From a virus (lineage: Duplodnaviria > Caudoviricetes), in IMG/VR virus record IMGVR_UViG_3300049844_000188, positions 1-24,212 of that record: a stretch of 24,212 bases of DNA; one strand, written 5' to 3'. Below the pieces are notes generated by a model that saw nothing but the letters and a program-made list of their open reading frames with translations, made no database searches and had not been told where the DNA came from. Shown here one piece after another: positions 16,462-24,212 of the stretch. The position numbers were made by a program, and so were the translations under genes. The number at the start of each line of letters is the position of its first letter. Positions within the stretch are counted from its first letter, which is position 1.

Positions 16462-17889
16462 ATGAGCGTTAGAGAAGAAAGAGTGTGGGCGGGGTCAGAA
16501 GCTGGCCTACAGGCTGCCTTAGATGCCGAGGTTAAGATTTCTGCTGGAGAGTGGGAGCCTGTAGAAGATGAGTGCCCTAGACTCCTCAGTGTGTCTGATG
16601 GCCTTGCCACAATCACTATCAAAGGTCCACTAGTAAACAGCGACAGCCCCTACCAGAGGTACTGCGGTGTAACCGGCTACCCGGAGATTAGGGAAGCCTT
16701 GATTGCTGCCGTGAATGATGAGACAGTCAAGCAGATTCTACTGGACATTGACTCTGGTGGCGGTGCTGTCTCTGGCTGTGACGACACTGGTAACCTGATT
16801 CGTCAAGTGCACAAGGTGAAGCCTGTCACTGCTTACGGTGAAACAATGGCCAGTGCCGCGTACTGGCTTGGCTGCTCAGCAGGTAAGGTCTACTCTGGCA
16901 AGGCATCTTTGGTTGGCTCTATTGGTGTCAAAGCCACGTTCCGTGAATACTCCAAGGCCAATGAGATGGAGGGCATCACAGTTACTGTCATCAGGGCTGG
17001 CAAGTACAAGGCGTTGGCAGATAGCAACGAGCCTTTGTCCAAAGAGGCTGAGGCCCAGATTAAGGCCATGGTTGATGCCAGCTACGGAGTCTTCATTGAT
17101 CACGTTGTTGAAATGCGTGGTCGTACCTATGAATACACTGACAAGACTATGGCTGACGGTCAGGAGTTCATTGGACAGGCTGCTGTTGATGTCGGTCTAG
17201 TTGACGGCATCGCAACTTACGACGCAGTCGTTGGTGGTCTAAAGAAAAATATTCTTGCATCATTGACAAAAACTAAGGATAATGTCAGCCATAATAAGTT
17301 TTCGCTATCGGGCTCTGTGTCCGACCACTCTGGAGAAGTAACCATGGCCAAAAAAGCCCTGACAGAAGCTGACATCGCCGCTTTGGCTGCTGGTGTTCAA
17401 CTCGATGTCAAACCCGTAGAGATCGAAGGAGCCGTAGATGGCTTGCAAAACGAAGCGCCCGCCGAAGAAAAGGTAGAAGCGACTGTTGCCGCTGTTCCTG
17501 AGCAGAAGACTGAAGAAATCCCTAATCAGGCACTGCAGTTCATGCAAGCCCAAATCGCGGCCAAAGACGAAGCCATCCTCGCAGCCGGCATCAAGATCGC
17601 CAAACTCGAAGACAAGCTGGCAGGTTTTGAAGCCACGCACAAGCCACTGCTTGAGATTGCCAGCAAGAGCGTTCGCAATATGACCGTCGCCATGAACGGC
17701 GTGTCGTTGGTTTCGGAAGACATGGACGCAACACAAGTTCTGGCAGAGCATGTTCGTGTATCAGAGTTGTTCCAGAAGCAGTTCCCAATTGGTGGCGTCG
17801 CAGCTATCTCAAGCAACGACGCATCCGTCAAGACGCAAGTTGATCCGCGTCACCTCGCCCGCGTGAATGCGGCTCGTTTTCAAAAGTAA
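16462..17889 (+). CDS. S49 (SppA-type) prohead protease fused to scaffold (475 aa)
   Basis: ILLDIDSGGG, MASAAYWLG, VGSIGV, AGKYKA motifs; GGAG RBS before ATG 16462. Confidence 0.92.
   Translation: MSVREERVWAGSEAGLQAALDAEVKISAGEWEPVEDECPRLLSVSDGLATITIKGPLVNSDSPYQRYCGVTGYPEIREALIAAVNDETVKQILLDIDSGGGAVSGCDDTGNLIRQVHKVKPVTAYGETMASAAYWLGCSAGKVYSGKASLVGSIGVKATFREYSKANEMEGITVTVIRAGKYKALADSNEPLSKEAEAQIKAMVDASYGVFIDHVVEMRGRTYEYTDKTMADGQEFIGQAAVDVGLVDGIATYDAVVGGLKKNILASLTKTKDNVSHNKFSLSGSVSDHSGEVTMAKKALTEADIAALAAGVQLDVKPVEIEGAVDGLQNEAPAEEKVEATVAAVPEQKTEEIPNQALQFMQAQIAAKDEAILAAGIKIAKLEDKLAGFEATHKPLLEIASKSVRNMTVAMNGVSLVSEDMDATQVLAEHVRVSELFQKQFPIGGVAAISSNDASVKTQVDPRHLARVNAARFQK
17344..17889 (+). CDS. Nested in-frame scaffold protein (181 aa)
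   Basis: GGAG RBS before internal ATG (MAKKALT); TTGCAT-N17-GATAAT at 17255-17283; analogous to lambda C/Nu3. Confidence 0.6.
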   Translation: MAKKALTEADIAALAAGVQLDVKPVEIEGAVDGLQNEAPAEEKVEATVAAVPEQKTEEIPNQALQFMQAQIAAKDEAILAAGIKIAKLEDKLAGFEATHKPLLEIASKSVRNMTVAMNGVSLVSEDMDATQVLAEHVRVSELFQKQFPIGGVAAISSNDASVKTQVDPRHLARVNAARFQK

Positions 17890-17898
17890 GGATATAAA

Positions 17899-18459
17899 AT
17901 GGCTAAGTTTAAGATGTTGGAAATGGTTGAAAGCGAGCCCATTACTGCCCGCTTGGGAGTTGGCTCGGTATCCACCACGCCTGCAAACGCCTACACCGAT
18001 AAAGAAATCGGCAAGTTCGTTAAGCGTTCTGGCGACAGTGCTTTCGTGCTGTGCGCGGCTGGTGATGCGATTGAAGGTATTATCGTTGCCGTTGAGACTT
18101 ACACGGCTGACGACTTCTCTATCGGCAGCATCCAGCTTGAAGACCGTAAGCGTGTTACGCTTGACGGCCTCCAAGCAACACCGGGCACTGGCGTTGTAGC
18201 AGTCGGTGACTACGTTGTTTGTGGTACTGTTGTTGCACTTGGCACGGCTCTTTCTGGTCCTCCCAAAGTCTGCACGGCGACCAATCAGCCTGGCGTGACC
18301 ACTATCACTACCGCTGATAACACTAAGACCAACATCGACATCGCAATTGCCAAGCTGGTTGAAGCTACTCGTAACGGCATTAACGCATGGCGCGTTGTTT
18401 CCGAAGAAGGCACTACGGCTGTCGGCCAGTATGCCACAATTGAACGTGTCAACGGTTAA
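17899..18459 (+). CDS. Capsid decoration/cement protein (186 aa)
   Basis: Between scaffold and capsid gene; Gly/Val/Thr-rich; AAGGA RBS. Confidence 0.7.
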   Translation: MAKFKMLEMVESEPITARLGVGSVSTTPANAYTDKEIGKFVKRSGDSAFVLCAAGDAIEGIIVAVETYTADDFSIGSIQLEDRKRVTLDGLQATPGTGVVAVGDYVVCGTVVALGTALSGPPKVCTATNQPGVTTITTADNTKTNIDIAIAKLVEATRNGINAWRVVSEEGTTAVGQYATIERVNG

Positions 18460-18471
18460 GGAGAACTAGAC

Positions 18472-19659
18472 ATGGCTGCTTTTATCGACGCACAAGGTGC
18501 GACCCAGCAATTTGAAATGAATCTCGATGTAATTCGGGACGCCGCCTCTGCCTCGTTGTCCGTTCGTGACTACGTCAATGGGCTGCTGACTACTGATGTC
18601 AAGGCTTACGGCGACCCCTTCTCTCAGCTTTGCGAGAGCGAAGGCATCGTTCTGGTCCCCAGCAAGAAGTATGGCATCCGTTCCCCAACTCTGGGGTCAG
18701 TTGTTGACGGTGGTAGTTCGGGCCGTCCGCTGCTTGAGGCTGGCGCTGTTGTCAAACAGCCGACCAACCAAGCTCGCGTTCTTCTGATGCCGGCTATCGG
18801 TGCCCTAATCGAAGACAAACTTGTCTCCGACATGGACATGAACGCCAACGCTTTTGATGCAATGATCGCGCAAGACGACACGATTGCTGACGAGTGGATG
18901 CTCTGGCCGGAAATCAACTTTGCTGGCCCTGAAGCTGGTCGTTCGCAGGTTATCTCGCAATTGGCTAAGCCTGCATCGTTCCTGTCGGTCACGACTGCTG
19001 AGAAGTCGGTTCGTATCCCGACCTTCTCGCTGGGCATCGAGTGGAGCCAACAGGTCACCAAGTATGTCAACCTTGACCTGATCGCTCTCGCTATCAGCCG
19101 TCAAGTGTCCAACGAGCGCAATGCTCGTGCCAACGAGAACCTGCTAGCGCTGGTTGCTGGTGATCCTGACATGGGCCAGGCATCGCTGTCGTCCCTTGGT
19201 AAGGTCGTCGCCGCCTCTACTTACGATGCTCTGGCTACATCGGGCATCACGCAACTGGCTTGGATGTCCTACCTGTACAACAACAGCAAGAAGCGCCGGA
19301 TTACCCATCTGGTCTGCAACATTGCTGGTGCGATGGCAATCGAAAATCGGACGAATCGCCCGAACGTGTCTCAAGACAATCCTGGCAGCAAGCGGATTGA
19401 CTCGACCGTTTATGTGTCGAATCCGACGTGGGCACCCGACCTGCCGATCTTCATTGTCGATTCCAGCGTTGGTTGGACCGACAAGCTGATTCTTGGTATT
19501 GACTCTCGTTACGCCATCCATCGCGTTACGAGCACCAACGCCAGCTATCAGGCTCAAGAAGACTTCGTGCTCCGTCGTGGTTCAGCGATGCGGTACGATT
19601 TCGGACAGATCACGCGCCGCCTGTTCCTGGATGCGTTCGATGTCCTGACCTACGCCTAA
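18472..19659 (+). CDS. Major capsid protein (395 aa)
   Basis: Position, size, AAGGAG RBS, followed by a terminator. Confidence 0.88.
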   Translation: MAAFIDAQGATQQFEMNLDVIRDAASASLSVRDYVNGLLTTDVKAYGDPFSQLCESEGIVLVPSKKYGIRSPTLGSVVDGGSSGRPLLEAGAVVKQPTNQARVLLMPAIGALIEDKLVSDMDMNANAFDAMIAQDDTIADEWMLWPEINFAGPEAGRSQVISQLAKPASFLSVTTAEKSVRIPTFSLGIEWSQQVTKYVNLDLIALAISRQVSNERNARANENLLALVAGDPDMGQASLSSLGKVVAASTYDALATSGITQLAWMSYLYNNSKKRRITHLVCNIAGAMAIENRTNRPNVSQDNPGSKRIDSTVYVSNPTWAPDLPIFIVDSSVGWTDKLILGIDSRYAIHRVTSTNASYQAQEDFVLRRGSAMRYDFGQITRRLFLDAFDVLTYA

Positions 19660-19675
19660 TCAGGCTGAAGCAAAC

Positions 19676-19706
19676 ATCCCCGGCCAACGCCGGGGATTTT
19701 TCTTTT
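19676..19706 (+). terminator. Intrinsic terminator
   Basis: atccccggc-caac-gccggggat followed by ttttctttt. Confidence 0.9.
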
Positions 19707-19748
19707 CAGATCACAGCCCTATGGTAAAATGGCAGCAAGGAGCCACCT

Positions 19749-20234
19749 ATGCTGACTGACTACACGACCTACAATGACCTTCGCGCAGCCCTAGGAGTCA
19801 GCAGCACCGATCTCCCTGACGAAGTTCTCTCCCTCAACCTGTACGAGTTGATGCTCAAGCAGGAGTTCGACGCAATCGACCTGACCCTTGAGAGCACATA
19901 CATTACGACGGAAGAATTGACAGCGCCGACTGCCGCGGAGATGCGCTTTCTGTCGGCCACTGACCTGTTCGCAACCTACGCAGTGGCCAAGCACTTGACA
20001 GCCTCGCTCCCAATGTTCTCCTTCAGGCAAATGACAGACGGCAAGGCCCAGGGCACGCGCTTTGACAATCCGTACAAAGACACTATTGCCTATGTCATGA
20101 GCCAGTACGATACAGCCAAGACGAAACTGGTTGAGGCATTCGCCGCTGTTGGGACTGTGACCACCACTACTGTGGCTAAGTCGTACTTTGCTGTCATATC
20201 ACCATCTACTGATCCAGTAACGGGTACAGTATGA
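19749..20234 (+). CDS. Head-tail adaptor (161 aa)
   Basis: YTTYNDLRAALGV start typical of gp6/gp15-like adaptors; AAGGAG RBS; TGgTAAAAT upstream. Confidence 0.7.
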   Translation: MLTDYTTYNDLRAALGVSSTDLPDEVLSLNLYELMLKQEFDAIDLTLESTYITTEELTAPTAAEMRFLSATDLFATYAVAKHLTASLPMFSFRQMTDGKAQGTRFDNPYKDTIAYVMSQYDTAKTKLVEAFAAVGTVTTTTVAKSYFAVISPSTDPVTGTV

Positions 20235-21058
20235 ACCTTGAAAAAGTAGCTCGTCGGTTCGACACAACTATCGCCACAGACGCCTATAGTACTGCCACAT
20301 TTCTGTGCCAGTTCGAGGTACTGTCTTATAGCAAGATCGACGGCGTAGCTGTTAAGAAGCGTACCATCTCAACTGCTGAGAATATAACAGTACCAGCACG
20401 GAGAGTAGTTGACATAGGTGGCCAGAAGTATCTGCTTGGCACTCCAGCCCCAGACTATTGGGACAATGGCACAATACGGCTCAACTTCGTTATTCAGGGC
20501 GCGGACGGACTAGCTGACCTGACTACAATTGCCGCTGAACTTGCTGGCACTCCACCAGCTACAGCTTATGCCGCGCTGGCTTTCGCAAAGTACCTGCCGG
20601 ATGCAGAAGACTCAAGTCGTTATCCACCGCAGTATCAAGTGTTCTTATCGGGGACCGAATCAGCACCAGCCGACTCACTGGTTAAATTGAATTCTGTGTG
20701 GTATCTGATCAAAGAGTCTTACATCTCTACGTCTGGATTAAGGGTGTCACTGGCCAATGCGATTGATTCACCGAACTTTGAGACGGCCACATTTTCTTCA
20801 CGTGTTTATAATCCTGTGACAGACACGCACACGACAACTAACACGACAATGAAGATATTCAGGGTCAAGTGGAGCGAGCACTTTCGTTACCTGTCAAAGG
20901 CGTCAGAGCAATACGAGCGAGGAGACCAGCAGGTATTTACGCTCAAGTCAGTTACACCTGACCCACCCGATAACTTCGTTTTGTCTGATGGGACGTGGAA
21001 AGTGGTGTCGTCTCAGGACGAGGGTTTGACATGGAGTTGTCATGTTCGTCGGGCTTGA
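20231..21058 (+). CDS. Putative head-closure/neck protein (275 aa)
   Basis: ATGA overlap; beta-rich; positional call. Confidence 0.55.
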   Translation: MNLEKVARRFDTTIATDAYSTATFLCQFEVLSYSKIDGVAVKKRTISTAENITVPARRVVDIGGQKYLLGTPAPDYWDNGTIRLNFVIQGADGLADLTTIAAELAGTPPATAYAALAFAKYLPDAEDSSRYPPQYQVFLSGTESAPADSLVKLNSVWYLIKESYISTSGLRVSLANAIDSPNFETATFSSRVYNPVTDTHTTTNTTMKIFRVKWSEHFRYLSKASEQYERGDQQVFTLKSVTPDPPDNFVLSDGTWKVVSSQDEGLTWSCHVRRA

Positions 21059-21569
21059 TAGTTTTCACGCTGATGTCAAGGCGTGGGTCAACTCAGTTGA
21101 GAAAGCTGCACAAGAGGCTGCAGCCGGCCTCGGACAAATAGCCCTGACCTATATCCTTGAGGAGGGGCCACAGTATTCTGGCGACTTTGTAGCTGGCTGG
21201 GAAGTGGGCTTCAACGTGCCAGTAAATATCTGGAGACCCCCTCAGTCTGGTGGGGCGGCGCTGATCAAAAAAGGCCTGGCCGACCCACTTGAGAAGGGCG
21301 ACCCGTATGCCATTGACTATGCCCTGAACAAGGCCTACCCTCGCTTCGAGGCTGCGGCCAAGCAGCCTCTGGGCACGCCAATCTTCTTGTCCAACTCTGC
21401 TGTTCACGACGAACCTTATGCCTGGAAAATCGAACGCAACGAGATCAACTTTAGACCAGAAAACCCAGATGCTGGTAGGTTAGTTGGGAGGTCAGTGGAC
21501 TACGTCGGCAGGCGCTTTGCAACCATTGGCAGATCGCAGTTAAGTGTTCTCAGGAGTCTCGGAGTATGA
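21042..21569 (+). CDS. Neck/tail-completion protein, HK97 gp10-like (175 aa)
   Basis: PQYSGDFVAGWEVG and IFLSN...PYA..IE motifs. Confidence 0.7.
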   Translation: MFVGLDSFHADVKAWVNSVEKAAQEAAAGLGQIALTYILEEGPQYSGDFVAGWEVGFNVPVNIWRPPQSGGAALIKKGLADPLEKGDPYAIDYALNKAYPRFEAAAKQPLGTPIFLSNSAVHDEPYAWKIERNEINFRPENPDAGRLVGRSVDYVGRRFATIGRSQLSVLRSLGV

Positions 21570-21970
21570 CCACAGAAGTACAGGCAAGAGACGCTATCGT
21601 GGCCTATCTGCACCCAGCATGGACCACGGCCTACCCTACCATCAAGGTCTTCTACGAAACCGCGTCAGTTGATCTGGACGCTGTCGGAAGCACCTTCCTG
21701 AGAGTGAGCATTGACTTCACCGATAGTTTGAGACAGGGCGTTGACCTTGTTCCGATAACTGGAAGCTATGGAGAAGTGGTTCTGCAGATGTTCATGAAGG
21801 ACGGCAGTGGCACACGTGACCCACTGGCCAGGATCAACTTTTTGCGAGAGTTGTTGAAGTATCAGCGGCTCTCCGGCGTCACACTGGATTGCCCTCGTCC
21901 AGGGCGTAAGCAATCACGGTCTGGCTGGACCAGTGTCGACCTGATTGTGCCATTCCAGTTCTGGCAGTAG
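21566..21970 (+). CDS. Tail terminator (134 aa)
   Basis: Position, size, GW....L.VPF C-terminus. Confidence 0.7.
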   Translation: MTTEVQARDAIVAYLHPAWTTAYPTIKVFYETASVDLDAVGSTFLRVSIDFTDSLRQGVDLVPITGSYGEVVLQMFMKDGSGTRDPLARINFLRELLKYQRLSGVTLDCPRPGRKQSRSGWTSVDLIVPFQFWQ

Positions 21971-22180
21971 TCAGTCTACACGCCAGTCAGACCCTGACAG
22001 CGTCAGTCGCTGTGGCTTCGTGATCGTCAACACAATGTGGTTCCAGTTGTTGACAGTTATCTTTCGGCTACCTGCCAACCAGTGATTTACTGACCTTACG
22101 CTCACAGGCAGCAACCCTGCCAGCTTCTTTGCGTTCAAGTGGTGCGCGTCCATCATGGACCGAAGCATCTCAGGTGTCAT
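21971..22180 (-). CDS. Small XRE/Cro-type HTH protein (69 aa), counter-oriented
   Basis: LNAKKLAGLLPVSVRSVNHWLAGSRKI; GAGGAGG RBS before ATG 22180. Confidence 0.8.
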   Translation of the reverse strand: MTPEMLRSMMDAHHLNAKKLAGLLPVSVRSVNHWLAGSRKITVNNWNHIVLTITKPQRLTLSGSDWRVD

Positions 22181-22328
22181 GTTCGACCTCCTCAACTTAT
22201 TTTAGCACAGAGTTCCTAGTTCTGGAACGCTGTTCCCACGATTTCAACCTCACAGATACCATGAGGGTAGAATGCAGCTAGGCCCGATATGGATGTTGTG
22301 GCCACAAATCACTCTATAGGAATATGAC

Positions 22329-23000
22329 ATGGCCATTACACTATCGACTGGCGCAACCGTCGCCGTTGCCAAGACCTACAGCCCCGCTCTCAGCAGCGCG
22401 GGCACGACAACTACGGCTCTCTCGAATGCTTCTGAATGTGTGGTTACGGCCACGCACTCTTTGTCCGCTGGCGACTACGTCGTCATGGAATCTGGCTGGG
22501 GCCTGCTTGACCAGCGCGTTGCTCGCGTCAAGTCTGTCTCAACAACCGTTTCTTTCGTTCTTGAAGGTGTCGATACGACGGACACGACCAAATATCCGGC
22601 GCTTGGCGGCACGGGCACTTTCCGCAAGATTACGGCGTGGTCTGTTCTTAGTCAGATCCAAGCGGTTTCTGCCACTGGTGGCGCTCAGCAGTTTGCGGAC
22701 ATCACCTCGATTTCTGACACCACCATTCGTCAGATTCCGACCGTCAAAGATGCTATCAACATGACTATTGACGTGTACGATGACCCGGCTCTGGCATGGT
22801 ACGCCGACGTTACTGCAGCCGACACGGCCCGCACTCCGTACGGCCTGCTCATGACCTTTACCAATGGCTCGCGGCTTGTCGCTAATGCGTACTGGAGCAT
22901 CATGAAGGTCCCGATGATCGAGACCAACCAAGCCCTGAAGACTCAGATCAGCTTGAGCTATGCCGCTGAGCCACTTCGTTACGCTACGGCTGCCCCATAA
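22329..23000 (+). CDS. Major tail tube protein (Phage_tail_3-like, 223 aa)
   Basis: ESGW..L..RV.RV, LEG.DT.DT.KYP.G.G.G..RKITAW, GG.QQF, QIPT.K motifs. Confidence 0.9.
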   Translation: MAITLSTGATVAVAKTYSPALSSAGTTTTALSNASECVVTATHSLSAGDYVVMESGWGLLDQRVARVKSVSTTVSFVLEGVDTTDTTKYPALGGTGTFRKITAWSVLSQIQAVSATGGAQQFADITSISDTTIRQIPTVKDAINMTIDVYDDPALAWYADVTAADTARTPYGLLMTFTNGSRLVANAYWSIMKVPMIETNQALKTQISLSYAAEPLRYATAAP

Positions 23001-23033
23001 TACCATTAAGCCGGGTCTCCCGGTGCAATGAAC

Positions 23034-23117
23034 CCATCGGCCACCAGTTTCTGGGCACGTTCCGCCTCACGTGCAGGCCGATGGTTAAACCCGAGGCGGA
23101 CCTACACATGAGGCGAA
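23034..23117 (+). ncRNA. Candidate cis-regulatory RNA (three-way junction plus pseudoknot) in the chaperone leader
   Basis: Nested stems, with loop tccgcctc complementary to gaggcgga 23093-23100. Confidence 0.55.
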
Positions 23118-23120
23118 ACC

Positions 23121-23441
23121 ATGTTTACACTGAACCCAAACCCTACATTCAAAGTTGACGTGACCATTCCCACCACTGATGGTGATGGCGTGATGGAGAT
23201 CGAGTTCCGGCATAAGGGCCGCAAAGCCCTCAAGGCCTACTTCGACTCACTTGGCGAAGGCGACGACGCTCGCAAGGACACGGATGCACTGTCCGAGTTG
23301 ATCGCTGGCTGGGGCAAGATTGACGCCGAGTATAGCGTAGAGGCTCTGGAAACTCTGCTCGACAACTACCCGACCGCGGCCAAGGCTATCTTCGAGGCAT
23401 ACAACAAGGGCTTGTTTGAGGGGCGGCAAAAAAACTCGTAG
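23121..23441 (+). CDS. Tail assembly chaperone (gpG-like, 106 aa)
   Basis: F.LNPNPTF...V.IP start, follows tail tube, ends QKNS at a slippery site. Confidence 0.88.
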   Translation: MFTLNPNPTFKVDVTIPTTDGDGVMEIEFRHKGRKALKAYFDSLGEGDDARKDTDALSELIAGWGKIDAEYSVEALETLLDNYPTAAKAIFEAYNKGLFEGRQKNS

Positions 23442-23743
23442 ACCTGGCTGCCCGACTATATGACTCTGGGCCGTCAGAAGAGGAGTTAAGGGCCATCGGC
23501 CTGCTGCGGGAAGATGTGATGGACACGAGCGACTTTGGAGTGTGGCCAGAAAACTGGGTGCCCTTCAAAGTTTTCTCAGAAGTCTCCACACAGTGGCGCA
23601 TGGGGCAGGGTGGGCCAATAGGCCTGGACTACGTGGCCGTGAAGTGGGTAATGAGCCTGATGAAGGTCAAGAACAAGTTTGAAGTGCTGCGTGCAATAAG
23701 GGCCATGGAGTCGTCAGCAATAACGCAAATGGCCAAGTCTTAG
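23429..23743 (+). CDS. gpGT-like extension reached by -1 frameshift (DUF1799-like)
   Basis: A AAA AAC at 23429-23435; the -1 frame is open through VWPENW...TQWR.G.GG..GLDY to 23743 (fusion 207 aa). Confidence 0.85.
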   Translation, partial: KKLVDLAARLYDSGPSEEELRAIGLLREDVMDTSDFGVWPENWVPFKVFSEVSTQWRMGQGGPIGLDYVAVKWVMSLMKVKNKFEVLRAIRAMESSAITQMAKS

Positions 23744-23753
23744 GGGGATAGAG

Positions 23754-24212
23754 ATGAGCGAGACCGGGGGCACTAACGCAGCAGCAACACTATCCCTTCA
23801 GATTGAAACCGCCAGCGCACTTGCCAATATAAAGGCACTAAATGCCGAGTACATGTCGCTCCATGCGAACATGTCAAAGAAGCTGGACACTAATATTGGC
23901 CGTGACATCGGCCAGTCAGTAAAGGGGCTACAAGCAAGTTTAGCCTCCGTGTCTGGCGGTATAGCCTCAATAAACAAAGCACTTGACGACATAGTTTCCG
24001 CTGGTGGAAGAAGTTTTAATCCTCTTGCTAGTGGAGCCAAGGCTGCCGCAGCAGCCGTGTCGGCGTTATCAGTAGCTACAGCCGCCAACGCCTCTGCTGC
24101 GCAAGCAGGAAATAATGCCTCTACAGCCAAACTATTGAGAGAACGGGCAGAGGCAGCCACACTGGCAGCGGAAGCTGAGAAGAGGTTAGCTCAGGTAGCT
24201 GCGTCGAACACT
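23754..24212 (+). CDS. Tape measure protein, N-terminus (truncated by window)
   Basis: ATG 23754 (MSETGGTNAAATLSLQIETA...) open to the window end; Ala-rich; follows the chaperones. Confidence 0.85.
   Translation, partial: MSETGGTNAAATLSLQIETASALANIKALNAEYMSLHANMSKKLDTNIGRDIGQSVKGLQASLASVSGGIASINKALDDIVSAGGRSFNPLASGAKAAAAAVSALSVATAANASAAQAGNNASTAKLLRERAEAATLAAEAEKRLAQVAASNT

Noticed and set aside
23798-24160. Minus-strand 120-aa ORF and other antisense ORFs over structural genes
   Set aside because: Shadow frames of well-supported + strand genes.

Overview
Part of a long-tailed (siphovirus-type) dsDNA phage genome; the host is probably a proteobacterium (inference). The left ~5.8 kb is a leftward early/accessory arm. 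It holds an AntA/AntB-type antirepressor behind a poly-C-spacer sigma70 promoter, a 126-aa protein resembling the Csx20-like CRISPR ring-nuclease family, several small orphan ORFs and two paralogous membrane micropeptides. It also has a ~1 kb structured non-coding block, a 12 x 23-bp tandem array and a repeated overlapping-hairpin intergenic element. A hexamer-ladder repeat at ~5.8-6.1 kb marks the strand switch and is a candidate packaging/terminus region. From 6.3 kb onward is a rightward operon: RHH and multi-HTH proteins, TerS, GpA-like TerL, portal, an inserted ~4.5 kb holin-like plus virion-appendage cassette, S49 protease/scaffold, decoration, major capsid, neck, tail terminator, tail tube, frameshifted tail chaperones and the start of the tape measure. 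No integrase, tRNA, CRISPR array or reverse transcriptase is visible. All family calls come from motif recognition and gene order, not database searches.
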